From: Podarcis bocagei | Taxonomy: Eukaryota | Length of the DNA stretch: 64,000 bases | Direction: 5' to 3' (one strand) | NCBI GenBank assembly: GCA_964188305.1 | Contig: OZ076888.1 | Shown: positions 42,329-56,529 of the stretch, piece after piece | Layout: every line of letters starts with the position of its first letter | Position numbering within the stretch: position 1 is the stretch's first letter | Program-made: the position numbers and the translations under genes | The notes under the pieces: model-generated | Told to the model about the DNA's origin: nothing | What the model saw: only the letters and a program-made list of their open reading frames with translations | The model's database searches: none

Positions 42329-43556
42329 CCTTATACCTTGCTGCCTGGAAGAGAGCTGTTCCTTCAACAGCGAATCAGCTCAGGCTGGGAGGCTCCATTG
42401 CTTCATGGCTCTCAGTCAGCCCGTCCCCCTCCTCCCAAATATACTCATTTACTAGTGATAACTCTGAAGATCCTGCCTGACTCTCCATATTCTCTGTTCC
42501 TGTGGTCCCAGGGGAGATTTGGGGGTTTTTTTTTGGGGGGGTGCATGTGTGTCTGTGTACCAGCAGGAACTCGGGCAACTGAAGTGGGCAGTGGTGGCTG
42601 GTAACATTTTGATTTAGCAGGGCTGACATTTTTAACCATGCTGTTTTCATCATAAGATGACTTGTATGGCACTTATTTAGGAAAGTGTGGCATTATACTT
42701 ATGCAGAGTGATATTGTCTCGTCCTCTAAAAAATAAAACAAAACTCTGCACATCTATGAGCAGGGAAAGAGTTTCCATGTAAGAGGGCCCAAGTACAATT
42801 TTCAGAAAAGAATGACTCCATACCGCCTGTGTAGAAATTAAGCCTATATTCTATATAATATGACATAAAGTTTTGAGTACATGAATACAAGTTCTTTGCC
42901 AAAAAACTAAAAATACTTTTAAAATGTGATGGAAATTTGCTTCCAGTTTCATGCAGCCCCACCCCCACAAAAAAAAATCAGTTTAACTATTCATTATCCA
43001 AAAGACTCTTTTCTCTAAATTAAAAGAAGTATCTTCTTGACTGACCTGTCCCCCTTTAATTCTGCAAAGAGTTAACTATGCTATTGCCCGTTACAACACA
43101 GTATGACATTGAACTCCATATATTTATTGTGCAGGTTTTTAAAAATAAAAATACTGCCTTAAAAGTTATGAAGCAATTATTTCCTTTTGTAGTTCCTGTT
43201 CATGTTTTGAGATAATTTCTCTAAATTTACATTTCTTAGTGTTCACAGTCTGATATCATTGATCATGCAGCTTCCTATACCAGAAGGTTCAAATATTTTG
43301 CTCAGTGGTAGAGCACATGCATGAAAATTCTTGCTATAAAGGATTTTCAGTAACTGGGCAGGAAACCACCCCTGCCAGAATTCCTGTGATTAATTTGAGT
43401 CAGTGTTGACTGGGAGTATAATCTTCTGTCCTGCTATTCACACCTGAGCTCCACCCTGGAATTTGCGATGTAATAGCATGTATGCATTTATGAATTAATG
43501 AATGAATATGTGCATATATAAAGCTTTTGCAGAATGCTTTTATTATGCCACTATGT

Positions 43557-43677
43557 CAGGGTTTCCCAAACTTGGGTCTCCAGCTGTTTTTGGACTACAA
43601 TTCCCACCATCCTTGACCACTGGTCCTACTAGCTAGGGATGATGGGAGTTGTAGCCCAAAAACAGCTGGAGACCTCA
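43557..43677. mobile_element. hAT-type hairpin MITE related to 42187-42328, opposite orientation, right end truncated
   Basis: GGTCTCCAGCTGTTTTTGGACTACAATTCCCA...TGGGAGTTGTAGCCCAAAAACAGCTGGAGACC long inverted repeat. Confidence 0.8.
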
Positions 43678-45667
43678 TCTGCGACATGAGAATAATGCTA
43701 CTGGCCCACTGTACTTTAATGGTTACTGAGATGATGTATGTGAAGCACTATGAATGCTAACAAAAAGTGCTATGTAAATGCAGAATAGTAGTAGTAGTAG
43801 CAATAAAAGTGTTCCAGGTCAGAGGGAGCGATTCCTGGGCTTGACCTGAACAACTTGCCCTTCTATTTTTGGAAACTAAGCACGGACCATTCACATTCTG
43901 ATGGTCTGCGTTTTTGTTAGCAGCCATTGTTATATAGCTATGACATTCTTGTAGAGTTTCCTTCCCCTTCAACTGCTGATATGTCCTCTAGACCCGAGTT
44001 CTGCCTCAGCAACCTTTCCTTGGTTTTCTTTGTCTGGGAACATCTGTTCAGATGGGGAAACAATGACCTTTTGCCTTGGCTGAGGCAAAGAGCTACCCTA
44101 GCAGGCACTAAGAAGATTAAAGGAAGGCTGCACTGATAGCTTTCATGCTGCTCCAGTGGTTCTCAGCAGTGAGAGGAGAGAATACAAATGGGCAAAAGGA
44201 CTGTAGGCAAGCAGAAGAAAGAAGCTGGTAATCTCCTCCATCCTTGTCACTTCACTTTTATTCCCAGTTTATTTCAGGTCTATTTCAAAAATAAAGGGGA
44301 ATGCAACTGATTTCAAGCATGCCCCTTAAGGAAGAACTAAGCATTATGTTACATATGGGGATGCTGTTAAAATGAGTTTGATTCTTGCCCTTTAACATCC
44401 AGTACAACTTACTCTGAATCCTGATGCAGTAACTTAACATGTTTCACCACCTCTGCCAGTGGCAGCCAGTTAGGCAAAGAAACACCCAGCATCATGTCAA
44501 GACGGGGGAAAGTAAGATAGATGCTACCAGGTTGGAAGGAGACTCAACCTAGGGCTGCCATTTTTAGTGGCAGCATCACCTTCCTTATAAGTTTTAGTTC
44601 CCCCTTTAGCTTTATGTCCTCTTTCAGATGCTGCTGCTGAATGACCCTGGAATATTTCTGCAAATGCACACTCTTTAATTCTGTATGGATTAATCTGGTA
44701 TAAACATCACTCACTAATTATATTCTTCACGGATTGCTCAGAATGAATTGTTCATCTTATGTTGTCCTACTGTATGTAAGCCCTGTTTGGGCTGGTTTTC
44801 AAGGCAGAGGATTAAGCTGGCCGTTTCATGTTGATTAAATTTTATTATGCCAATTCCCGTATGATCTGTGTTCCTCAACAGGCAGCCTATGGGCACATCT
44901 GGCTCACCAACTGACCCATCAAGTAGATTGCAGTCATACCTTTTTCTTTTGCTAATGCTGGTTGCACCTTAAAGAATGCCACTCCCATAGGTTCTTTCCT
45001 GAGCCCTTAGATCAGCTGGCTGTGTTCCATGTTTTAATTCAGGAATCCCCTATATTGAATAAAGTGACTTACTCTCAGATTGCCCCTAGAGAACTAAATC
45101 TGTTTCTAAAACATAATAATAAATTCAGGCACTTTGGAGAATTTGTTTATTTATTGCCTTCTTGGTTCCATGGCCCATTATTCACATAGGTGAGGAGTGT
45201 GAGAGTGTGGGGCTTGGCCTTCTCTATCATGTCACCAACATTATGGTGAGGTGTGTCAGGTTTCCTCTCTGTTGATTCTATGTCACCAGGTGAAAACTTA
45301 GCTTTTCCAGAATACTTTTCCTGAGGTCTATTTTAATGTTATAAACACTTGCATTGTTGGTTAACTATGGGATTCTTAGTTGGCTGTTTTTATTGTGGGA
45401 TGTATATTTTTAGCTTTGCAGTAAGCAGCTATAAGTGCTGTGTTAAATAGAAGAGAATGCAGCAAAGAAGTATTTGAATATATAAGTAGGCAGGAAGTGA
45501 TGCAACCAGGAATGGCTGCACTAGCAGCCATTGGAAGCAACATAAGCATTTGACTGGCGATAGGATCCTAGGGTTGGGTGGACTGGCAAGCCTCATAAAA
45601 CTGCCATATATTGACTGTGCAGCTGCTACAAGTCTGATGTGCATTAACTAGGCAGGCAGGATCAGTG

Positions 45668-45878
45668 CACTGGTGGAGGAGGGGGGGCGGGGGGAGCACA
45701 CCACCCCCAGCAACGCAATCCCGGTGGGGTGCCATCGCGGCTGCCCCCCCCGTGCTGGGCGCCATGCCCCGCAGGTGGCGCACCCCCAGGACATAAGCCA
45801 CGCCCCCCGGGACGCACGCCAGCCACGCCCCCGCCTGCTCTCCACTCCCCGGTGCCGAAGCATGAAGCTCCGCCACTG
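45668..45878. mobile_element. GC/CpG-rich hAT-type MITE, TSD GATCAGTG/GATTAGTG
   Basis: Ends CACTGGTGGAG / CTCCGCCACTG; 7/8 TSD match at 45660-45667 and 45879-45886. Confidence 0.7.
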
Positions 45879-47758
45879 GATTAGTGAAACACACATACTA
45901 AGAAATCAGCTCTGGTTTGTATACAATGACTAGTACATGCATGCCTTAGAATAGATCAGAACCAAGTCTTAAAGCCACGGCAATTGCTTGATAAAGCCAT
46001 TTCAAACAGGAAAAGGAAAATAGGTTAACCAACTAATGCTGGGATCTGTGGGAAGGAAGAATGTTGACCCAAGCACAGTTTTAAAAGCACTTGGTAATGA
46101 GACTGACTCAAATATTTAAATATATAACTAAGCCATTCCTCATCCTCCCAGATGCATGTCACCCCATGAAACTAGAAATAGGTGGTACCTTACTCCTAAG
46201 CCATGTGTCACTACTAATCTGCCAGAAGGCCAAAAACCATTTCCCTGCTTCCATCCCTCCATCACAGGCAATAGTAAAACAGCAAAATTATTTCTCTTAG
46301 CAAACAATTAGAAGTGATTAAATGCAATGAGAAATAAAATGGCAGATTTATTCTGGGGGAAAGGAGAAATAGGAAGGAGTGAAAAATAAATGTTATGATA
46401 ATGCTGAACTCTGTAGGCTGATAATGACATTGCTCTTCTAGGATGGAATTGCCTCCTACTCCAACCAGCATCATCATTACATATCTTGGCCCTACGATCA
46501 GTACCCGTCACAACCCTTCATATTGACAAATGCCCTGTCCACTTGCATCTGTGGAGAATGTTTTAGCAGCTGAGTGATTATGAATCAAAACCCAGAGCTT
46601 CCAGCCCTTACTGCTTCCCTCTGCTTTCCCATTTGTCTCCTGACAAGTAAATGTATCTTGACTTTCCTCTGAGATTTTTTTCTTTTTTTCACAATGTTTG
46701 ATGAAAGACATTTGGCAAATTGGCAGTGGAACCCTGTACATTGCAATTTGTAGTGAGCATTAGAAGTCTGAGCATGGAATGGAAGAGCAGGCTACGGGCG
46801 AAAAGGAGAGAAAAATACTAGCGCTAAGCAGAATATGAATAGTCATTTCAAGGAAATGAGCAGGCATTTATTTTGGACTAAAAAGAGAAAGTGCAAACCA
46901 AATTACTATATTTATATTGTATCTTAGTATGAAAAATGTAAGCCAAATAAGTCTTCTTCCATATATATTTCTCTGAATGATGAGTAACACTGAGCCTGAT
47001 GGAGCCACTTTTGTGTAAGTAAGTGCAATGTAAGCGAGAAGAAAATCAGTTCACAGATTCCCGGGCTCATGAACTAAACCTCTTTTACTATATTGGGTTT
47101 TCTGCAAAATGGTCATAATTAGGATTGTGGGGGGGGAGTAGGCTTACCCTAAGGCAATTCTGTAATCATTCAGGACAAAGGGTGTGATTCTACGAACTTC
47201 TTTCAATCTGAGTAATATTATTAGTTGTCAGTTCAGTATTGAAATGAGAAAATTATTAAGGCTATTATACATTAATCTTGAAGATACAGAGTAATTTGAA
47301 CACTTCATTATTTGCAACGGCATCCTGTACTTTTCCATCAAGCAGAGGCTGCAGGTGTAAGCCTTTCCTGAAGAACCTTTGCTTCACCTTCTAGGCATGC
47401 ATCTCTTCTACTCATTGTAAATGCCTGTATCTCCACTGCTACCTTATTCTTAGGGGCACACAGTACTATTGCACAAGTTGGACTGTGTTCAGTGGAACTT
47501 ACTCCAAAGTAAGTGCAGTTAGGATAGGAGCCTTGGTTGCTTATGCATTTGTGAAGCATGTAGCACCGAGTTGACACTTTGGCTACTACTAATACTTCTG
47601 CAACTATTTCACATTCTTATGTCTGGATTCATACTGTTTTTATTTGCGTATTTATGTATTCAAAAAAAGTCTGGAATAGCTTCATTAGGTGTGATCCTCC
47701 AGTCACACATAAAACTCTTATCAGGGTGCAGCACTAGAGATAAGGACTGGTTCAGGTA

Positions 47759-48165
47759 CAGTGGTACCTCGCAAGACGAATGCCTCGCAAGACAAAAAAC
47801 TCGCTAGACGAAAGGTTTTTCCGTTTTCGATTTGCCTCGCAAGACGAATTTCCCTATGGGCTTGTTTCGCAAGACGAAAACGTCTCGCGACTTTGTTTCC
47901 TTTGTCTAAAAACAAAGACATGTTTTGTTTATAAAGTTAATTTATTTTCCCTTCAATTTTTGAACTGCTCTTTACAGTATGTGTGACTTTAAAGAGCAGT
48001 TAATAAACTGTTGTTGTACCAAATTTGGCTTTGTTTGGACTTTTTTTGACCATAGGAACGCATTAATTGATTTTCAATGCAATTTTTCGTGATTCGCAAG
48101 ACGAAAAATTCGCTAGACGACAAAACTTGCGGAACGAATTAATTTCGTCTTGCGGGGCACCACTG
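47759..48165. mobile_element. TcMar/Tigger-like MITE (family B, 407 bp), TA TSD
   Basis: Same termini as 39415-39644 with a longer AT-rich interior. Confidence 0.9.
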
Positions 48166-48441
48166 TATACAGGTTCATCACTTGATTACTCCTGATTACT
48201 GTACACATGATAATTGGCAGCTGAATGTGTGAACTAACACCACTGAAAAGCATTGCTTTGGAGGTGATAAAAAAGTTATGTCATTTCCCTGTCTTTGGAA
48301 CACTGACCTAACTAAATGTGATTGACATCTTGCTGAATTTTGTTCTGATGGGGCAAAAAGAAGCAGGCAGCATAACTGGGTGGATATACCTTATTTACTC
48401 TACATAGCTCTGTATCCATATATGTGTACCATTGTGTAGCT

Positions 48442-48740
48442 CAGGGGTCAGCAAAAATTTTGTGGCTTGGGCTGGTTCACGGTCCCGCAGATGCCACGGT
48501 GGGCCGGAGTGCGTGCACACAAGCATGTGCAAACGCTATTTACGGCACTCCTTCTGGTGCTGGGGAGGCGTGCGCAGCTTCCCATTGGCTGTAGGAGCTT
48601 CTTGCAGCCAATGGGAAGCCAGCCAGTGTCGTGGAAGGCGATCCCTGCTCTGCTCTGCACAGCGCACGGGAGCCGACTGAGAGGGTGGCGGGGGTCCATG
48701 GGCCGCTTGTGGCCCATGGCCTTTAGGTTGCCGACCTCTG
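48442..48740. mobile_element. hAT-type MITE, TSD GTGTAGCT/GCATAGCT
   Basis: TIR CAGGGGTCAGCAA / TTGCCGACCTCTG; internal palindrome CTTCCCATTGGCTG...CAGCCAATGGGAAG. Confidence 0.8.
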
Positions 48741-49531
48741 GCATAGCTCCTTAACACAGAGAGAGAGGCATCCTGGAAATTACTCAGGACCACTGCCTGG
48801 CCTGTCCCAAGCCTGCCTGCCTGTGGGGAGCTAGTGTGTGCCGTGGCAGCAGCTGGCCACAGAGGGCGAGGGCCAAGAAGGGTGCCAAGCAGAACTGGTG
48901 ACGGGATGGGGGTGCAGACACATGGCTGGGAGAAGGTGCCTCCCACCCTGTCCTAATGGTTGATCAAAGGCAAACCTTCCCTCACTCAGGCAACTTCCAG
49001 GCAGCAGCAGCAGCAACGAGCAAGGGAAGGCCTATTTATTTATGTATTATTTAATTGTGACCCAGATGCACGTAAGTGGGAGGGTGCCTGAAGAGGATGG
49101 ATGGATTTATTATGATTACAGACTATTAAACAGGAAAATATTATCTTTTGTGGCATTATACAAACCTATCTACACACATAGAGTAACAACAGTAAAGCCT
49201 TGAATTAGTCCAAGGTGGAGGCTCAGCGCTAATTTTCATGGAGCAAGATGGCCACTAGAAAATTGGGTGACAGGCTAGAAACATAAACTATAAAATATAT
49301 AAAATATAAAATATATGTAACTGCTTTTTTCTTTTGTGAATTATACTGTAAATCAGTAAGAAGGTTGTGTTACCTCTAACAAAGCTGTAGTATTTCAGAA
49401 ATGTAGTATCAGTTAAACTGGCTTGAGACCAGTTTATGTTGGTAATATTTCCTTATCAGCGTATAATAACAAGGTGGAATAAATATTGTGTCATTGAAAT
49501 AGCAACAACTTTTATTGTTTCTTCTAGTTAA

Positions 49532-49804
<273 letters not shown>

Positions 49805-51218
49805 TAAACTCTCCAAGCTAATTACCCACAACAGCCTCTCTTAATATCTCTCTTCTCTTGCAAGCCGCTGCTGTTTATTTTAGAAATTACTCAAGATTGG
49901 ATGATGAATAGGGATTATGGTGGGTCACTGGCATTTTAAAAGGTTCTTTATTCAGCAAGACATGGTCATAGTGTTTGATTCTGTGTTTGTTTGCAATTAC
50001 AGGAGAAATTTGTCCTGCATTACCTTGCGCTTGATAAATGAGGCCAAAACATTACATACGCTGCCTTGTTCCAAAATTTCCTCATCACCTTTATATTAAT
50101 ACACGATCTTTTCCTTCATAATTTTTTTCTGATCATGAACTGCAAGACTGTTTTTCACTTGGTCTTTCCTTTGATAATGCCTGAAGGGAAATTCCACAAG
50201 ATCTGTGAATGATTAGATGTGTTAAAAAAACTGAGTCGTCACTGCAAATATTTGGCTCAAATCAACGTTGTCCTAAAGAAATCAATGGAAGTTTTGTCTC
50301 AGAGTTTGGATCCATCTTATAGACATCTGTAGCCTTTCAGGTCCTAAGTGGCAGACCAGTTGTTAGACTCAGAGAAAGCTTTTCTGTTGACCCCAGAATT
50401 TAATGAATTTCACACATCATTATGGTGCAAATGTGAATTGGAAAATTTGTTACAATTTAAATAGTGAATGTTCTGGATAATGCCCTTGACCAGTAACACA
50501 GTTAATACGCACCCATGTCTGAAATAATATTGAGTCTTGTTGTTAATTTATTTTAGTAGGTTGAAGGATAAATGATTATGCACTCCTGTCACTTTTAAAA
50601 GGGGGGGTGCACATGTACCTCTCTCAACAATGCCCCAACATCCCAGATATTTTCTTATTCTCTCCCCACCCTCCAAAGAATGAAATTGACTAGACTAAAA
50701 GCTATTTCTGACCTGGCATAGTCAATTTTACCACTTTCTTTATTTGCGTGGGACTAGGTTTCTGTATGGAATTTTTAAAACAGACCTATTCCTTTACAAT
50801 ACTCTAGCCCTTCATTATGTTTAGACAGTTGTGAAGGAATTGATACTGAGCCAAGCCTACCTTCATGGTAGCTCCATTCAGAAAAGTTTGGAAGTATTCC
50901 CTTATGATCGCCATCTGTGTACTCCAGAGGCAACAGCAATCCCATGTAAACGTCATGAAATAGACATGGAATTTGCTGATTTAGACAAAACCACTGTATC
51001 ACAAGTTTGCATTTATCTGAACAATGTTGCTTTTGACAAGCTCTGTTGTCTTCTACTCTGGCTGGTATCATTATATTAGATCATTAGATCCCAAATAAAG
51101 GCCCAAGCAATTTGCACAAGCTCTGCATTTATTAATGCTGGTTGTGCATTCACAGTGCTTGCTTGATGGATGATGCAACTGGCACTCTACAGGTATTTTA
51201 TATAATAATAGAATAAGC

Positions 51219-51357
51219 CATAGAGTTGTAGAGTTGGAACAGACCACGAGGGTTATCTAGTCCAACCTGCTGCACTGTAGGAATCTTTTTCCCAACATGG
51301 GGCTTGAACCCCCGACCCTCAGATTAAGAGTGTCATGCTCTACTGTCTGAACTATCC
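51219..51357 (-). mobile_element. tRNA-Lys-derived SINE with CR1 tail (second copy)
   Basis: Aligns by eye with 19228-19364: GAGTTGGAA...ATCTAGTCCAACC...CCCAACATGGGGCTTGAACCC...GATTAAGAG..TCATGCTCTAC. Confidence 0.75.
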
Positions 51358-52527
51358 ATCATGAGCCATCTTTGGCTTTGTTTGAAAACCCCAATGCTAT
51401 GGCTGTTTGGTAGCATATAAATGAAAATAAAGGTTTTTCATATTCCCAAGCATAAGCTAATTCATGTAGTATTCCAGAGCTGGTCCCACCATGCAGCACA
51501 GTGAACTAGCCGGCTTCAGATGGCACAGGGCTGCACTAGGAGTGTAGATGATGGCAGGGATTTTTGTTTGAATGTTGCAGCTAGACTCTTTTAGGTGTTG
51601 GTCCTTGTGGAAAAGGGGCACCATCTGGGCTTCAGTTCATGCAGCAAAATATATTGGGCTGGCACTGTAGTATTCTTTTTCATGGTCAAGTCCTCACAAT
51701 GTGGTTTTAACCTTGTCTCCTTCATGTGCCGCATGTTCCATTCACGCCCCCTCTAGTCGCAGCAAATATCAGCTATCTTCATGTAGAGCAGGAATGAGCA
51801 ACTCTGGCATGCCAGATGTTGTCAGATTCTGAGTCCAGCCCTAGTCAATATGGACAGTGGGCAGGAATACACCATCTGAATTTGACAGGACGAAATAATC
51901 TCATAATGGCTTTACTTGGTCAACAAGTGATGTTCAAATTGATCTATGATCATCTAGAAATGTCATTTAGGATTTATATTTTGGATGCATATTTTCAGGG
52001 AAATGTTCCTGATTTGGCAGAATAACCTGATGGTGCTACTTCAGTTTTCTATTTTTTTTTTAGCTTGGTATTTATGACCCTATCTCATTTTCAGAATGTA
52101 AGTTTATGTTTGATAACTGTCATATCAGTTTATCTGATCTTTCTGAAAACATGTCAGCTACTTTCAAGTCACACTATTACAGAAGCATACCTTGATGGAT
52201 TAGGTCTCTTGAATTGTGTCTGATCTGATCTTTCACAGATGGAATGATGCCACGTTTACTGACACATTGAATATGCTGAACAATTTAAAACCTCTTTCCA
52301 TCAAGCCAAGATTCTAAACCTTGGATAAAAGAGTTCCCGTCCCCCATAAGCATTTAGCTGGGGAAGTGACAAAGTTAATAAGTGTAGTATGTCGGGATGA
52401 ACATTCAAATAAAAGTCTGCTCTCATAGATTGCTGAGGGTTGCACTGGAAAATTCAGACATCACCACCTTAATCCATAAGGTTTTGATTCAATATATTTA
52501 TTGAAGCTACTTTCAGAAATATTTAAA

Positions 52528-52772
52528 TACCGTGCTACCTTGAGTTACAAATGCCTCAGGTTACAAACGCTTCAGGTTACACACTCTGCTAACCTGGAAG
52601 AGTTATCTCAAGTTGAGAACTTTGCCCCAGGATGAGAAAGGAAACCGTGTGCTGGCGGCGCAGCGGCAGCAAGAGGCCCCATTAGTGAAAGCATGCCTCT
52701 AGTTAAGAATAGTTTCAGGTTAAGAACAAACCTCCAGAAAGAATTAAGTTCATAACTACCGGTACCACTCTA
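52528..52772. mobile_element. TcMar/Tigger-like MITE (family A), inverted relative to 36556-36788
   Basis: TTCAGGTTAC / TTCAGGTTAAGAAC repeats, GAGGCCCCATTAG core, end GGTACCACTCTA. Confidence 0.7.
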
Positions 52773-52858
52773 CACCAAAGAAGCAGTTCCATCCAGTATT
52801 GGTTTGAAGTTAGGACTATGCATTTTATTTCTTTATGTATCTTAAAGCAAAACATTAA

Positions 52859-52993
<135 letters not shown>

Positions 52994-53659
52994 TAGCCAC
53001 AGACTCTTATTGGCTGTTAGGGCTCCATACTGGAGCCTTTGACCTCCAAAGAGTTTTCACTATTAAAAATGAAATGAGGTTTTAGAATGTGCTATGTAAA
53101 ACACAGTTGACAATACTTTCTAGTAAATGTGTGGGGAAACCTGGTCCAAGTGCTTCAACACAACCCCAATGGGATGCTCACAAAACCCTTCAGAGGCAAA
53201 AGACACCCAGGAACTTGAGAGTTAATAACCATAGTGCTGAGCATACATAGTTTTGATTAATGCAGGTGCCTTCAAAAGTGGATGAATGAAGCATTCCTGA
53301 TAATGTGAAATGACACATGCTGGTCCTTCTGGTTTTGGAGTTGCAGATGCACAACTCACCTGGAGCAGGGAGACAGGGCCACACTAGGTGTGACATTATA
53401 CACATCTTTGTATGTGTTATGTTTAACATTATGTGTCTTTAAACCAACATGCATATTTTTTAAAAAATGCAAATCACATCCAATGGGATGGGTGGGATGG
53501 GAGGTTAATATTAATCAGAATCATAGCAGTCTTGGTAGGGGATTTTCATCTGATGCAAACAGACACCTCTGAGAAGACATTTTAATCTGGACCATAGCAA
53601 GAAGGAAAATATTAAGTTCTTCCTTTACAGCTGTCCTTAAATGGGTCGTCGTCGTCGTC

Positions 53660-54000
53660 TTCATTCATTCATTCATTCATTCATTTATTTCTATACCACC
53701 CTTCATCCAAAGATCACAGGGTGATTTACAATATAAAAACACAAGAATACATACTGTAGTAACAAACAAAAACAGTAACACCCCCAAATAGTTTAAAATA
53801 CCATAGATTGTTTTATCAGCCAAAGGCCTGGGAGAAGAGGAATGTTTTCGCCTGGTCCCTTTGTTACATATCTTTAGCCTTCCTGGGAAGAGCATTCCAC
53901 AAGTGGAGAGCCATTCTTGTGTTGCCACCCTCTGGACCTCTCACAGAGGAAGCACAATAAGAAGGGCCTCATATGATGATCACAGGATCTGAGTCAGTTC
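53660..54000 (-). mobile_element. L2-like LINE 3' end with (TTCA)n tail
   Basis: (TTCA)6 then TTTATTTCTATACCACCCTTCATCCAAAGATCACAGGGTGATTTACA...TCCTGGGAAGAGCATTCCACAAG. Confidence 0.6.
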
Positions 54001-56024
54001 AAATGGCTGGGAATCCTGGAAGATCATTGCAGGCCTTTTTCCACCTGGCCTGGGGAGGGTAGCGCCCTGACTGATTCCAGCTACATAGATTCCATCTACA
54101 TCAAGGCCAAACTGTTGTGGCATGAACAGCAGCAGTCTCTTTCAGGAATGTCTGAATGGAAACAATTTTAACTGAGCTTTGGTGGGCCTACCAATTCTGG
54201 TAAAAAATTAATTGACAATCACTTTAATCAAAAATGGAGTTCTAAAAACATGATTTTCTTACTTTGCATCAAATTTGATTTCAGTATTTGTTCATTCACC
54301 CTGCAAAAGTGTTGTTTTATTTCATTTATTTAAGATGTACATTTAATTCCCACAAGCATTTTCTGTCCTATTATTCTCTTCACAAGCATACATGCTAATC
54401 TCCATGTCCTTGGTGCTTTTAACCCACTTCCTCATTGGTAACTTTCATTGATCTTTGTGGGCCCTAACTGGGAGAGCCTTTAGGAAATCTGGCCCATGAG
54501 GGCAATTCACATAGTGAAATAAGAAAAGAATTTTAATTGTACAAAATGGAACGTTCACTTAATGAAATCAATTGAAGAAACTCGGCTCATGTTCTAACAA
54601 AACAAGCACAAATCGGTACATTTTACGCCTTGCAAAGAAAGGAGAAAAAGCTCATTGTTTGGGATAGATTTTTCACTCAGTCCTGAATTTACTTGGGAAG
54701 TAGGTTGCATGTAATTTAATTCTTGTTTTAAGAGGTATCTTGAAACATGTTATGCTCTTCCACTGCATAACAGCCAGAAACAATTAGCAATGTAATGCAT
54801 AATTTCTTCCCTGAATAATTGACTTAGCACACAATGTAACAGACATGTTTTGAAGTTCAGGAGAAATAGACGATTGTGGGGGGCAGTGGGGAGACGACGA
54901 TGGCGATGAAGACTGTTGGCCAGCTGCCAGGAAGAGAATTTGGAATAGTTATAGTATGTCTTAGTAATGGCTGAAAGGGCAATACAGTAAAGACTTCAGG
55001 GACTTCAAATCACTACAGAGTATGAAAATTGATGCCTCTGGTACCAGAGCGATAGACTAAACTACTTGCGTTGGCACAGTATTAAAGATTTGGATTGTTT
55101 ATTTCTGCGTTTGGGAAGATAACTGAATTTCCTCCAGGATTAGCAATTGAGCAAGCTAATTCCTCAATAAAAGATTTTATCACACAGTGTAATTTTTAAC
55201 AGGGAGGGAAGTGGTCTTTCTACCTTATTTGAGCCTTAGAAGTAATTTGTTTCATGTTTTCCCTCTTCTCAAAGTGCTTAATTGTACGGTATTGGCAACA
55301 GCATGAACAATAGGCTGGTGCTTCTCTGCTTTTCACACCATATATGCTTTACTGCAATACTTTAACAGGCTATCATAAATTATGTCCTGTTAACTCTGAA
55401 ATACTGAGATATTTCCTGTAACTATACCTTAACATTAATTTGCATGTGCCAAAATGTATGTGTGAGAACATGTGTGGTGAGGAAGGGGGGGAGAGATAGG
55501 AGACAGGATGTGCAGTTGACTTGTGCTTCCTGCTCCCTAGATTTCTCTGCCTTGTTCAAAATCAATCCTGCATGTCTTCCATAGTGGAGACATATGCAAG
55601 CTTTGTGTGGGAAAGATGCACAAGACCAATTTCAGACAAGATAGGGAAGCATAAGAAACAAAAAGTGCAACAAGTCAGTTGTGCATGCTGTTCTCCCTTA
55701 TCATTATCACAACCTAACAAGCTCCCAAAAATTCACACTGGCCACAAATCCCTTCTGTTTTACAGTATTAATAATATGGAATCTTTCCTGATACCAGAAA
55801 CCAAACTTGGATTTTCAGAGCAAAATCTATACCACTTATTCGGATAAATTTGTAATGAGATTACTGTGCCCTTTCTGAATAGGGAACAAGGGGGATGGCT
55901 TGAAGCATAGAAACCATTGCTTTACTGGCAAGTTAGATCCAAATAAAAGGCATAAAAATATTGAAAATACAGTCTTTCAAGCAGCATTTTGTGATATTTA
56001 CTGTTTGGAAGATATTCTAGCTAC

Positions 56025-56104
56025 ATTCCTGCATTGCAGGTTGTTGGACTACATGACTCTTGGGGCACCTTCCAACGCTACTGTTACCCTATGATTCTAT
56101 GATT
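56025..56104 (+). mobile_element. CR1-type 3' tail fragment
   Basis: CCTGCATTGCAGG..GTTGGACTACATGAC...CCTTCCAAC...CTATGATTCTATGATT. Confidence 0.65.
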
Positions 56105-56289
56105 TGTTGTTCAGATTTCCCTCTGTTCTTTCACCTTACTCTGTAGTTCTGTAACTGGATAGGAGACCTGCAATGTTTGCTATTTTATTGAAAAACCAAA
56201 TAAAATATATGGGGTGGGGGAGATATTACTGGGTTTAGCAAAACTGCGGTGGAGCTGAATTGAGATGGTTGCTCTCTAGTTTCATTTGA

Positions 56290-56529
<240 letters not shown>

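Noticed and set aside
45660-45890. CpG-island-like GC-rich patches (also 37040-37360 and 48442-48740) as internal promoters
   Set aside because: Each is bounded by TIRs and 8-bp TSDs, so they are explained as hAT MITEs.
55635-55643. GACAAGATA (EVI1 N-terminal ZF site; also GAAGATGAG at 61203-61211) suggesting autoregulation
   Set aside because: A given 9-mer is expected about 0.5 times by chance in 64 kb on two strands, and there is no clustering.
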